Source of the DNA: Octopus vulgaris
Taxonomy: Eukaryota
DNA length: 64,000 nucleotides
Assembly (NCBI GenBank): GCA_951406725.2
Contig: OX597836.1
Location: forward strand, 36,704,001 to 36,768,000
Reading direction: 5' to 3'
The notes under the pieces were generated by a model. It was given only the letters and a program-made list of their open reading frames with translations, made no database searches and was not told where the DNA came from. Position 1 is the first letter of the stretch. Each line of letters starts with the position of its first letter. Both the position numbers and the translations under genes were made by a program. Positions 1 to 13,424 of the stretch are shown piece by piece.

Positions 1-168
1 TTTCTAGTAATATATTGAATTACACTCAATAAGCAGCAGCTGCTAGTTGGATTATTCCGCAAATTTCAAACAGTTTCAATGCATCTTAGGAAGATTATCT
101 TACAGATTCTCGGGAGCAAATATTGGTACGTCTTAAGCGTGAGGAGACCAAAAGGATATATATATATA

Positions 169-208
<40 letters not shown>

Positions 209-216
<8 letters not shown>

Positions 217-370
217 CTGGATCTTTCCTTCTCCTATGTTTCCGACGAAGAGCTCCGTTCGAAATGTAAAGCCTCCTTCTTCCCTTCTTTCCTGAGCGTC
301 CAATAATACTATATTTGTTCCACGTCCTCGCGTTGTTGTGTTGTTTTGTGTTTTCTTGTTTGGATTAACT
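209..370 (+). mobile_element. Short PLE pseudo-LTR-like module between (TA)n tracts with a degenerate hammerhead motif (~238-273)
   Basis: CCGACGA-agagc-tcc-gttc-GAAA-tg-TA; same layout as the module at 5799; both sides are (TA)n. Confidence 0.45.
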
Positions 371-491
371 ATATATATATATATATATATAAGTGTGTGC
401 ATGTATGTATGTATGTATGCTTTTACTGAGATGGTTTTTGTTAAGCAGTGTTGATTTTTACAATTCTGCAAAATAAAAATAATAGTATTTA

Positions 492-735
492 CGGAGAGGT
501 ACTCGCATAGCAACTGATTTGATCTGAGATCGTGTGCTGGAACGAAAACAATTGCAGCAGGGAAGGTGTTTGTAAGCCATTTAAGAAACACACGGATTTT
601 TGGCAGTGAATAGGTCGCGGATTTTAGCGACGAAAATATTTTGACAAATTAAACTTAAATGTTAAAGTGAATCGAACCGCTTTTGTGTGTTACTTAAATG
701 GCTTACAAACACCTTCCACGCTGCAATTATTTTAC
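492..735. repeat. Palindromic ~250-bp dispersed element, copy 1
   Basis: aattgcagcagggaaggtgtttgtaagccatttaagaaacacac (~550-593) is the reverse complement of ~685-729; second copy at 1147-1400. Confidence 0.75.
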
Positions 736-772
736 ATTTAGCATATTAAGAATACACCTAGTAGTAATTCAT

Positions 773-1438
<666 letters not shown>

Positions 1439-1513
1439 CGGAGGCAAGCAGAGTTATAACACAGTAATTTCCCTTTGTATAACGGTATTTTTTCATAGTG
1501 TTTTCAAATAGCC

Positions 1514-1573
1514 AGATAACCGAAGAGATGTCGTGGATTCCCACTTCGGCATCTGAAACTCATAGTTTTATCT
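1514..1573 (+). ncRNA. Hammerhead ribozyme-like motif (variant core) within a module at ~1440-1676 flanked by (TA)n
   Basis: stem I agataa/ttatct; core CCGAAGA; stem II gatgtcg/cggcatc; GAAA-ctcatag-TT. Confidence 0.55.
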
Positions 1574-1671
1574 TTACTATCGAGTAATGTAACATATTAT
1601 TGTATAGATAAATTTCCTCTATTTACATAATATTGAGGTCTCTTTCTTTCTTTTGTTATCTTACCGTTTTA

Positions 1672-1751
<80 letters not shown>

Positions 1752-1891
1752 TGTAGGTTTCATACGAGTGGGTACATAATTTTTAAAAAAGAAATTTGAA
1801 AACGCCACTATATAATATATTTTTTTAATTTTCTTAGGGATTTTGCATGTTTCGGTTCTTCTTGCAAAATTATTGTTAATTATTGTTTCTT

Positions 1892-1945
<54 letters not shown>

Positions 1946-1948
1946 TAG

Positions 1949-1986
<38 letters not shown>

Positions 1987-2022
1987 AATTCATTCAAGCA
2001 TACATACATATAAATATATATG

Positions 2023-2108
<86 letters not shown>

Positions 2109-2317
2109 GGAGAGAGAAAGTGAGAGCTCGAACACTATTACTGAATTCAGCTGACTGAATTCATAGTTGCTTATTTAATGTTGTAGCGGTTTCCCGTAAG
2201 CGGTAAGGCGAGGTTAATATGTGTCCTCGAGTAGGAAATATATTTATTAAAATTTACGCTAATATTACTTGTGTTGAAGATTCCGTCTCACGAAAATTAA
2301 ATATATTCGAAGTCGTC

Positions 2318-2722
2318 ATGATTTCAATCATTTCCATCCTCGTCATCGCCATGATCATCACCGTCATCTCCCTGATCCTCATCAGCATCATCATCATCAT
2401 CCTCGTCACCATCATCATTATCGTCATCATCATCTTCATCATCATCAACATCACCATTATCATCATCATCATGACCACCATCATAGCTATTATCATCCTC
2501 ATTATCATCTTCGTCATCATCATCCTCATCCTCGTCACCATCAACATCATCATTATCGTCATCATCCACTTCACCATCAGCCTCACCACCATCAACACTA
2601 TCATTGTCGTCATCATCATCGTCATCATCATCATCATAATCATCATCATCATCATCATCACCATTATCATCATTATCATCTTCCTCATCATCATCATCAT
2701 CATCATCATGTTCATCATCCTC
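2318..2722. repeat. Degenerate (CAT)n trinucleotide tract
   Basis: direct reading; explains the poly-I, poly-M and poly-D ORFs. Confidence 0.95.
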
Positions 2723-2849
2723 TTCTCTGATTCTCTAGTCAGAGCCTTTGCAATAATTTTCATTCTATAGATTTGAATGGGTGTAGTGGTCTTGTAAAAT
2801 GTTTTTGTTTTTTTTAATTTTGACTGGAGACCGTAAATGCCACCCACAG

Positions 2850-2995
2850 CCTATCTCAGTACTTAAATAGTACTTTATGTTATCGATCCGTGCTGGATGA
2901 ATGGCAGATATAACCCAAGAAGAATTAGATTTCGGAAACCAAATAGCAGGAACTTATATTGCAAGGAATTTGTGCGACGCTCAGAGAATTCTACC
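2850..2995 (-). mobile_element. Degenerate SINE group C copy
   Basis: tagtactttatgttatcgatccg..ggatgaatggc resembles the ggtacttatttatcgaccccgaaaggatgaaaggc core of other copies. Confidence 0.5.
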
Positions 2996-3180
2996 AAAGG
3001 ACCAAGCTGTTTGAATACATAACCTGGTATGTTCTATAACCTGGTAATAAACTGCTTTTATACATTGAAACTGAAATTTTAATCGTCGCACTTTTAGCTG
3101 CAGTAGAAACAGTGTTGCAAAGGGATTATTAGTGGCCGTGGAGCTAATAGTTTGACCCACACCCACCCACCCAACCCCAC

Positions 3181-3358
3181 TTGACAACTGGTGCTGGCGT
3201 GTTTATGTCCCCGTAACTTAGTGGTTCGGCAAAAGAGACCTATAGAATAAGTACTAGGCTTACAAAGAATTAGTTCTGGGTTCGATTTGCTCGACTAAAG
3301 GCGGTGCTCCAGCATGGCCACAGTAAAATAACTGAAACAAGTAAAAGAGTAAAAGAGT
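3181..3358 (+). mobile_element. SINE group A, 3' half with (agtaaaag)n tail
   Basis: matches 62396-62572 and the reverse complement of 17859-18040. Confidence 0.9.
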
Positions 3359-3877
3359 ATCGCTCTGGGTTTTAATTTAATTTGGCGTGATATAGTGAGT
3401 CTTTCATTGTGAGGCTTTCCAGTAGTTTTCCAAAATTAAATATTCTCGATTCCTATAAATCAGAAACTTAATCTGTTACACAAGGTCTTAAGTTTAAGAA
3501 TACAATTAACTTCAGGTACATTATGGGACACCTTGATTGAATTATACTGTGATATTTTGCTCTCTCTTTAATAAGGTCTTCTATTTTGATATATTTTAGT
3601 GCTTTAATCTATAATTATGCACACGTAATAATTTACGCTTATCTGTAAGATATTTAACACTAACATTCATCGAACATGTTGATATACCTGTTACTGTATT
3701 TTGTCATATACACCTGCCTATATATTACTTAATTTGACAATTGCCCGCACTTATTAATTGTGAATATATTTCTAGCCTAATCAAATGAAATGTCATTGAG
3801 GAGAGATGAGTATGTAGAAAATGATTAGCCCCAGCAATCCTATGTTTCAAACCAACTTCGTATTTGTATATGTGCGT

Positions 3878-3914
<37 letters not shown>

Positions 3915-3916
<2 letters not shown>

Positions 3917-4107
3917 CAAGAGGGTGCTGAAAAGTTCCCGGTTATGGGTAAAAGGAAATCAGGAATATCAGTTAATTATGATTTTATTCAACATATATGC
4001 CCCTCCCAGATTCCCATACATATGCAGCGGTCCTTCACTTTTTCTAAGCCCTGTGAAAGAACTCGGAAGGTTGGCCCTCCAGCTAGGACTTTCGCGACAC
4101 CCTTACA
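3915..4107. mobile_element. Mariner-like MITE remnant
   Basis: gagggtgctgaaaagttcc at the left end, degenerate inverse aggactttcgcgacaccct at the right; internal cagttaattatgattttattcaacatat shared with 19550-19822. Confidence 0.6.
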
Positions 4108-4122
4108 TTTTCAGGACTCTCT

Positions 4123-4161
<39 letters not shown>

Positions 4162-4195
4162 TATGTATATGTATATGTATGTGTATATATATACG

Positions 4196-4354
<159 letters not shown>

Positions 4355-4368
4355 TATGTATATTTATA

Positions 4369-4419
<51 letters not shown>

Positions 4420-5250
4420 AGTAGCTTGTACTGAAAATTTCACATCTTGAAAGCACATAAATTCAAAAAATGCAAACGCAACACAAAATGCTAAAGAACT
4501 TCTAACAACAACCACCAAACCAACGGTTCAAAAATATGGACGACCAAACTGTCAAACAAGCCCCAAACTACTTAGAGACTCTGATTTCCTTTTCAAAAAT
4601 GGAGAGGGGTTAACAATTATAACCAACTTCACTAATTCATGTCATGTAATAACCTGCTCGGACTGTGGACATCACGATATGGAACAGACGAGTATGACAT
4701 TGAGATGAAGAACCACTCTACATAAAGTGCAGATCCGTTTCCCGTAATACAAATTCCTTTAAGTGAACAAATAGAGAGATTTGCAGGTAGCATCAAAACA
4801 AGTTTCACAGTTTTCCCCTTCCAACACTGGAAAGATACAAATCCTATACAAGACCATTTAAATACAGAACACGTCTAAATGTGCACGCATAACCAACTTT
4901 GATCTCTAGAGACACTTTAACTCTCGATTAAAGTGTACATATTTCTTTCCTCCCCTCTAGTTTTTGAATGTTTGTGTATATGTATACCTCCCCTTATATT
5001 TGTCTACTTGTTGAATCATTCATTCATAAACTCAACGCATAACATGGACATACATGTTTAAATAAAGAAATACATATTTAAATAAATTTTAATGTCATGA
5101 TTAGCTAAAGTGGACCCGTTCGAGAAGCACAATATAAAATATTTTTAAAATAATATTAAGACTATAACGAGTGTATGCATTTTCCTAATCTATTTTCTTA
5201 TATATATTACAACTTACCACGTGAGGATAATCGAAATTCTTCCCTTTATG
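4420..5250 (+). pseudogene. Penelope-like element 3' fragment (decayed GIY-YIG endonuclease)
   Basis: hand translation [55 protein letters not shown] fits the PLE pattern IYxITCxxCxxxYIGQT..LRxRxxxH. Confidence 0.7.
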
Positions 5251-5254
5251 TTAC

Positions 5255-5302
<48 letters not shown>

Positions 5303-5338
5303 ATATAAATATATATATATATATACATACATACATAT

Positions 5339-5396
<58 letters not shown>

Positions 5397-5798
5397 CGTG
5401 TTTGTATATATATATACGTATATGTCCAATTCAAAAGCATTATGCTGAATCCTACGGTAAATTCTATTAATACTAATAAGGTAACATTCAGCTTCACCAC
5501 CCGCGATCGAAAAAAACATTACATTACTAATGAGCATTAAATTCCATGCTAAATTGGCCTGCCAATCTAATGTCCGCGCTTGCAGTGGCAAGTTTGTCAA
5601 TAAATATATGTTACAATTTGGGTAAACATTTTTTGATTGTTATTTCTGGTGACGGTGAATTTTATATATCACCACTACTTTATTATTTTCCCTTCTTCCT
5701 AGCTCTCCTGTCTGACCACCTCTGTCCGGCAATCGCCATGATTAATTGCCTACCACTAGACCTTTTTTTAATATCTATCTCTGATTATTTCTGTGTTC

Positions 5799-5834
5799 CT
5801 TTCTGTTGAAGAGCGTAAGTTCGAAACGTAAAAG
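5799..5834 (+). ncRNA. Minimal hammerhead-like motif (core variant CUGUUGA)
   Basis: cttt-CTGTTGA-a-gagc-gtaa-gttc-GAAA-cg-TA-aaag; stem I cttt/aaag. Confidence 0.5.
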
Positions 5835-5979
5835 ACTTTCTCACTTCCCAGCATGAAACTAATACATCTGTTTGTTGTTTACATACCCGTCTTCGTCTTT
5901 TGTTTTGCATGCTTTTTTAAAAAATTCCAACTATATATGTATGTGTGTGTATGTATATTTATGTATGTATATATCTGTA

Positions 5980-6014
<35 letters not shown>

Positions 6015-7799
6015 AATACATGTGCATACGTATATACATATACGTACATACATATAAATACATACATATATACATATACATAGACATATATGTATATATA
6101 TATATATATGTATACGGATGTGTATGTTTGTGTATCGAATCATATATTACAGAAATTCCAACTTTCGCTACTAATATAATATAAGATAATTTAATATAAT
6201 GAAATGATAGAATATTAAATGTCTCTTATGATTGAACATGTACTTTTATGCATTAAACTGTGCAATCTTCAAGTTCATGCAATAGTGTTGACGTTTCACA
6301 ATTTACAACTGTTGAGATATGGCTAAGGAAATTAAGCAAGGTCATTTGACCGGTTGATTCCAATACGACTAGTTCGACCCAGTCATAGAGATTTGCAAAT
6401 GTATTATTGTCATTTGAAAACAGGACAATGCAGAGAGAAGGTGGGGATAATCAATTGTGCTAAAGAGGGAGAAAAAAGTAGGCTTAAAGTGAAGGGTAGC
6501 ATTACAGTTGGAATTCAAAGCAGAATGGGGAATAATTGTAGCAAATACTACATGCTAGATATTAAGGAATGTTTACTGTTGTGTACGAGCGAGCGTGTTT
6601 ACTGTATGAAAGTTTATAGATGCATGTGGGCGTATGTACTTGTAAATTTTCAAAGAGGCGAGAGCAGGTAAAATAAGACAAAAAGGTTATAAACGGTAAG
6701 GAATAAATATATATATATATATATATATAAGATCAAGGAAGGATAAAAATTGCTATTGCAATATCAATAGAAAAACTACAGATAATAAGCAAGCTGCAAA
6801 TAACACAATAAACGAAAATACAACATAAAACAACTCCACAGCAATAACACCAAATACAGGCGAAGAAAATATTATGATCAACTAAAAGACAAAAGCAACA
6901 AAATATATGACGTTATACATCGACTCTGTTATTATACACAAAAACTACACCTCACCCACTAATAACATACTAACACGAAAAGCACAGTTTTCAAGCAACA
7001 AAAGAAACACACGAACTACAAAAATCAAAATACGCCGAAAGAATATGTGGTTTTCTAAAAGACGATCAACAAAACACAATAGAATATCATATTTGAAAAC
7101 CACTCATACACCCACTATTGGTATGTGTATGTGCGTTCGTGTGTGTGTATGTGTCTGTGCATGTCTGTATTTGAGCAAAGATAGATGTAACGCAGAGTAA
7201 ATGATTTTAGTGCTGCTGGGTGTATTAAAGGTTATTGAACACATCGTTTTGTTGTATCTAGAGAAAAGGGCTTTTAGCGTTTTCTTTTGAATATCACAGG
7301 ATTGATTTAGATCTTATTGAATGAGGGATTTACGGAAATAGGAAAATAGTATAATTATATTGTCAGATTGGCATTTTTGAATATGTCCTCTTTTGTTTGG
7401 GTTTGATATATTTGGGTTTTCGTTTTAAAACTACTTTGTCATGAATTCCAGTATATCTAGGTTAATTTGACGTCAGGTGCAGCCAAGACATTTCTTTGTT
7501 TCCTCATACGTTTTAGAATATGATGGGTACACAGATAATCACTTACACACACACACACACACACATTCTCTGACACATACACGCACTTACACGCACACAC
7601 AGACACACAAATGTATGTATGATTTTTCTTTAAGTTTATTTAAATTCTTCTTGAGAGTGTTCAAGCCCATCACTAGCAAAGCGACAACACTTTATTACTT
7701 AGAAGAGTTCCAGGTGTTTGTAAATGAATAGTCGAAATGGTGTGTTGGTTGAAATGTTGATGCATACACCCAAGTGTGTTCATCTATTCACATAAAAGT

Positions 7800-8023
7800 C
7801 ACATAAGGAATCCACTTATAGCGATTCTACACACTCAGACCTTGTGAGTTCTCCTTGACTCGCTAAAAGAAGATTAGAAACCAATTGGTCCAGGAAACTA
7901 GACAGTAAATGTTTTTTAATTTCCAAATTTATTCCTGTCGAATTTTATCCCCAATTTTTGTGGTTATAGAACCTAGCTGTTCTTTCTAGCGTGTAGAATC
8001 CCTATAAGTGGATTCCTTATGTG
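7800..8023. repeat. 33-bp inverted repeat pair flanking ~160 bp
   Basis: cacataaggaatccacttatagcgattctacac vs gtgtagaatccctataagtggattccttatgtg (one mismatch). Confidence 0.85.
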
Positions 8024-8279
8024 TTTAAATATACATTATACAGTATGACTAATATATAGCCCATTTGACTAAAATTTTTACACGTTAGACCAGTGGAAAT
8101 GTAAATTTTACTTGAATGTTTTAAGTTTTAATTAAATTCCATTTCCCTTTGATATGATTAAACACATAAAATTCACAGATAGAAGGTTTTTGTAATGGCT
8201 TACAAATCTTCACTCTGCCATTAATAAATTGGAGGTGGAGAATCCGGGTAGATTTTATGCAAATTTATTAAAATTATTT

Positions 8280-8560
8280 AAGGGTTTGGTAGTTGTAATC
8301 CAGCGTCCATTTTAGTATAATTGTTTCCTTGTGTATACATTGGCATGTGTGGGCAGAGTCGTCTGTAAGTGGGTGGACAAGCTGAGAAAAGTTGGTATGT
8401 CAAGAAACAAGCTTTCGGGAGTATGCATGTTTGTGAGGGTTGTGAAGGTGTAGCGTGGCGGATGTATGACTGAAACATGGTTAACAGGGGAGTGTCTATA
8501 CCTTAGTTGAATGCATAGGACCAGTGTAGGAGAGGGAATAACAGACATGGTGTTGGGGAC
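8280..8560 (-). pseudogene. Possible decayed C-terminus of an I-clade/Nimb-like LINE ORF2
   Basis: VLCIQLRYRHSPVNH and ..TCI..FSACPPTYRRL resemble the LxRLRxGHxxLxH..CxxC..CPxY end of such ORFs; frameshifted. Confidence 0.4.
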
Positions 8561-8580
8561 ATAGTTACGAGGGGCATATA

Positions 8581-8813
8581 TATTTCTTTATTGCCCACAA
8601 GAGGCTAAACACAGAGGGGACAAACAATGACTGGCAAAGGGGGTTAAGTCGATTACATCGACCCCAGTGCGAAACTAGTACTTTATTTATCGACTCCGAA
8701 AGGATGAAAGGCAAAGTCGACCTCGGTGGAATTTGAACTCGGAACGTAACGACAGACGAAATACGGCTACGCATTTCGCCCGGCGTGCTAACGTTTCTGC
8801 CAGCTCGCCGCCT
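8581..8813 (-). mobile_element. SINE group C (tRNA-like head plus Nin/Deu-like domain), full length
   Basis: reverse complement starts aaggcggcgagctggcagaaacgttagc; B-box gttcaaattcc; gtcgactttgcctttcatcctttcgg..gataaataaagtac domain. Confidence 0.9.
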
Positions 8814-9799
8814 TTACGCCTTACTAGGGACATGTAATCATTCAAGAGCGACTGCAATATCTTCACGGTCGGTTTTAGTACAGATTCTGTATACCAAAGC
8901 ACTGTAGAAGGAACTATCATCAGGCGATGAGGCAGAAATGAATGAACACAAATACTTGAGGCTGCTTCGTGTATCTTTTAGCCACACAATGCACCTTATG
9001 AAGTATATTTGGTTGTTACTCCTAGCATTAAGTGAGAACAGGTAAGCGCACACCCATTCGCTGTCTATTTTTTTTACGACTATAAAAATGAATAGTGATG
9101 TAAAACAGATACCCTGTAAGATATAATATATTCTGTGACATTGCAGCAAATGAATAATTTGGCAAATCATAAAACGTATATCGTTAGACATGTAATGTAA
9201 TAAAACGTGTTGGGTTATTCATCCTTCGGACATCATTATATATTAGCTTTGCCGGTGTTACTTTTTGAAATCATATCAGTTCAGAACGCTAATAATAGTC
9301 TGCCATCGCTGTTCAGCAGTTTCATTATATAAGATAGGTAGAACCATTTACAAATTGGTTACTGCATTCGGCCATAGGGATTTCTTGCTAATTATCATGA
9401 CAGAAATAGATGAATTTCAATTTGTGGCATATGTAAGTCCTAAGGTTAACATCGCATTAACACAGGCCAATGAAGTTAATTCTACGGTGTGGTTGGACTG
9501 CTAAAAAAACGTAGCTGCCAATTACCTGTCACAGCACATTAGCTTCTTTGAAAAACAGGTGGAGCACGCGGGAAAATGTAATTCTAGTACACTGTTTGAA
9601 AATAGAACTGGACGTTTCTAAATGGAATGTTTGATCAAAAAGGTGTCTTGAATTTATAAGGATTTTTTAAAGGCAAGAACAATATACGGCCATTATAACA
9701 GACGCTTAATACGAATATTAAAGTATATCAGTCTATTCTACTTATCATTTGATTCGGCACATCCTACTTCGTATATTCATATGTTTTTCGAGGGGCAGG

Positions 9800-11025
9800 T
9801 GTTGTTATGACTTCCCCACTCTGTCTTTGAAAGGCTTTGTTGTAGAAGGATTCCGATGTGACTAAAGTTGGACTGCATCATTGATATTGAACAAAGAACT
9901 GAGCGGTTGGCAGTTCGGGTTGGTAAGCAATTCACTGTGAGACGTGATTGAGGGCGTTATGTCTCGTGTAATATTGATAGTAGTGCATCACTTAAATGGT
10001 TTATTTCCCCTTCATTCGTTTTATTATATAACCAACATACAAGGATATAAAAGTACTTATAATTTGTTCGAAACTTGCGCTAAACATTAAAGATACACTT
10101 TTTTGTACGAAACCAAAGAAAAAATCATTTAACATAGAGAACTTATTGACCTCCGTACTGCAGTTGCAACAAGAACAGCAGCAACAGAAACGACAGCAGC
10201 AGCAACAGCAGTTACAGCAATAATTACAGCAGCAGCAGCAGCAGCAACTACAACAGCAATAGCAACAAAGCCATCATTTGCTGGAATTAATGATGAAGAA
10301 GTCTGAAAATTCTTCAGGTTCGTATTCCCCAAAAAGCGTAGCAAACTCAATTGAAGAATGTATGGAATTATTTAACTTGTTAGACCTCTCCATAAATCGT
10401 TTCTGTAAAAATCTGAATGGTTTGTCCGTCAGTACAAATAAGCCATCGGACGAACTGAAAAAATATGTTTTAAGACTTTCCCTGAAGTTCTGTCGGATGA
10501 ATTTGGTCTGTGCACCAAGGCAAAGACGCGATTTCAAATATAAGAAGACGCCACGCAAGGATTTAAACAAAAATTCAGCTGAACCGTTTGAAGCGATAGA
10601 TCAGATAAACTTAGAGTTAGAGAGATTAGAAAAAATTGGACTTATCCAACGAGTGGAATATAGTCAAAGGGCAGCATCAACTGTGTACGTTAAGAAAAAG
10701 AATAATAAAATGAGAGTGTGCTGATGTTTCACTGGTTTAAACGAATGTCTTAAAACATGCCACCAACCGTTACCTGCTCCGGAGGATATATTTGTGAAAT
10801 TAAAGTGTGGCAAGATATTTTCTAAATTGGATCTCTCTGACACATACCTACAAATTGGAGTAGACGATGAATGCTCTAAATACCTAACAATTAATACACA
10901 TAAAGTGTTGTATAAATACATGTTACCATTTGGATTAAATGTCGCACCTGTGATTTTTCAATAGATTATGCAATGTTAGTGAAAATTGGATTCGCAATTC
11001 ATATCTGTATGATATACTCATTAAC
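9800..11025 (+). mobile_element. Decayed Gypsy/Ty3 LTR retrotransposon: putative LTR, gag start and RT fragment
   Basis: ELERLEKIGLIQRVEYSQRAASTVYVKKKNNKMRVC, then after a frameshift TGLNECLK..PLPAPEDIF..GKIFSKLDLSDTYLQ..LTINTH..LPFGL..APVIFQ; LTR boundary tentative. Confidence 0.85.
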
Positions 11026-11194
11026 CCTCGGTCTTCCAGAGGAAATGTATGCCATTACTTACAAACTGGGTCTAATAAACCCAATACTTTTGTTTTAATT
11101 AATTTTTATTCAGTGAACCACTATTTCTTAACTAGATTATATATGCTACCTGGTGAATGAAAAATTACAGTTTCCCACAAATTTTAATTATATG

Positions 11195-11610
11195 ATGCTT
11201 AGCGGCATTTTAACCGTCTTTTACATTCTGTGATATAATTCCACCGAAGTCGACTTTACCTTTCATCCTTTCGAAGTCAATAAAAGAAATAGCAGTTGGA
11301 CTCTAGGGTCGATGTAGTCGACTTAAAACTTCCTTACAATTGTTTGCCTTCTGCCAGAATTTGAAGCGAATATTATTATTGTTGTTGTTAAGGCGGCGAG
11401 CTGGCAAAATCGTTCACACGCCGGTCAAAATGCTTAGCTGCATTTCGTCTATCTTCACGTTCTGAATTCAAATTCCGGGGAGGTCGACTTTGCTTTTCAT
11501 CCTTTCGGGATCGATAAGATAAATATCGGTTTAATACTGGGGCCGGTATAACCGATTTATCCCCTGTCCAAAACTTGCCCCCCCTTGTGCCGAAAATTGA
11601 AAATCAATAT
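11195..11610 (+). mobile_element. Two tandem SINE group C copies
   Basis: aattccaccgaagtcgactttacctttcatcctttcg at ~11238; aaggcggcgagctggc head at ~11390. Confidence 0.85.
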
Positions 11611-11644
11611 TAATATTGCTGCTATTAGCAGAATGTTCCCCTTC

Positions 11645-11830
11645 ATCGAGCAGACTTATGATCAAAAGCACTTCAACCGTGGCCATCCCACTTTCTTCCA
11701 CAGTACATCAAAGACTCCATCATTCGATATGTACATTTGTAAAGGTAGTGTAATATAAGTTTGGGAGATGTTTTAACCGCTGCTATGGGTGGGTCAGGGG
11801 ATCACGTAGAGCATCCATTAGCGGAATGTT
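11645..11830 (+). repeat. Old dispersed repeat (cagac.tatgatcaaa..ttccagccgtg..ggagat); related copies at ~40790 and ~41915
   Basis: short similar motifs recur in the window. Confidence 0.45.
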
Positions 11831-12565
11831 CACGTGATCATTTGAAGAAGAGTTCAACTTAACTCGGATCCAATCAAATGCATTCCAAATGAAATTAAAC
11901 TTTAATTCTGAGCTGTCATCAATGTGAAATTCGCTGTGTTTTGAATGCAGTCACAAGGCTAAACAAATGCCGGAAAGTAGTCAATCACTGATATTGCCCC
12001 AGTACCTGACAGAGCCTCTTGTTACTGTCATCTGTAAAGATGAAAGTGAAAGTCGATTGCAATTGAAATGAGAAAGCAGAGATATTGGCAAAGCACATGT
12101 TCAAAATTTCAATTTCCAAGTATATGAGGCATACGGAATCTGTAGCGTGCGGTCAGGTAAATACGTAACAACAAAAGCAACGAGACAAAACTGAAGTTTA
12201 CCCATTCATTCAATCACTCACTCTCTCATACACAGAACGAGCAACACATACATACACTGTCGCGCACGGTCGGACAAGACTGCCCCAAATATATTTCCTT
12301 TCACGTTACTCAAGCCTGCTCAAATGCAAATGGGAGAACGTGCGATATACTTCCGTTTAATTTCAGTAATAATGTTGGCTTGATCATCAAGTCAGAGAGG
12401 TGACGTCATTCGAAAGCTACAATCATGCGACGCTAGTTCTGACTAGAATATACATAACCACAAACGATAGTATGGCTGATACCATGATATACAAACAAAC
12501 ATACACACACATATGTAAATATATGTATATATATGTATATGTATGTGTATATATATATATGTATA

Positions 12566-12628
<63 letters not shown>

Positions 12629-13230
12629 GCGAGAATGAAGCAACAAGAATGGATAGGTTTTTAGTACAATCGTTTCATACAAGGACAGGTTTTATTAAAA
12701 GTTGCAAAAATTACAGCATATAAACGTGTCCCGTACTCATCAGCTAAAATACATGTGAGTTCTCTAGACATCTTAGTGGTTGAGGCTATACTCATGAAGT
12801 AATGTAGATAATTAAGTAACATAAACAGATTTCAAAGTTTGTGATGCTATTAAGACTTTTTAAAAATTCTGTGATAAGACTGTACATCATCTTTAAAGAA
12901 CTTTAATGAACTTTTGAAATCTGTTTATGTTACTTAATTATCTACATTACTTCATGAGTATAGCCTCAACCACTAGGATGTCTAGAGAACTCACATGTAT
13001 TTTAGCTGATGAGTACGGGACACGTTTATATGCTGTAATTTTTGCAACTTTTAATAAAACCTGTCCTTGTATGAAACGATTGTACTAAAAACCTATCCAT
13101 TCTTGTTGCTTCATTCTCGCTTATAATCACCCCACATTACTGTATTGTTAAATCAGTATAGTTTTTTTTGGTGCATCTAAGTTAGGTACCATATTCAAGT
13201 AAATTCATTTAAATTAACTTGAATCTTTAT
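12629..13230. mobile_element. Fold-back PLE pseudo-LTR: 208-bp inverted arms 12629-12836 and 12913-13120, plus a 3' extension
   Basis: arms reverse-complementary with one mismatch seen; flanked by (TA)n; homologous to 37336-37550 and 38950-39322. Confidence 0.85.
13000..13090 (+). ncRNA. Type-I hammerhead ribozyme, intact core; mirror copy on - strand at 12659-12749
   Basis: stem I ttttag/ctaaaa; CTGATGA; stem II gtacgggaca/tgtccttgtat; GAAA-cgattg-TA. Confidence 0.8.
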
Positions 13231-13424
13231 TGCTTTTTATATATATATACATATATACATAAACGTATACATATGGGGTGAAAGGGGATACCCCATAAAA
13301 AATGAGATGGCGAACAGTTTCTTATCTAAGATATATCAATGCTTGCATATGTGTTACTGCGTTTTGTTACATTTTCGTTCTAAACATAGCATTTTTCATA
13401 TGGGCATATTATCGATGACATATT

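Noticed and set aside
2219-2847. Poly-Ile, poly-Met and poly-Asp ORFs (also 55509-56807 and 57405-57680)
   Set aside because: Trinucleotide microsatellites; no flanking coding context or splice signals seen.
10278-10724. 148-aa ORF as a host gene
   Set aside because: It is part of a frameshifted Gypsy gag/RT remnant.
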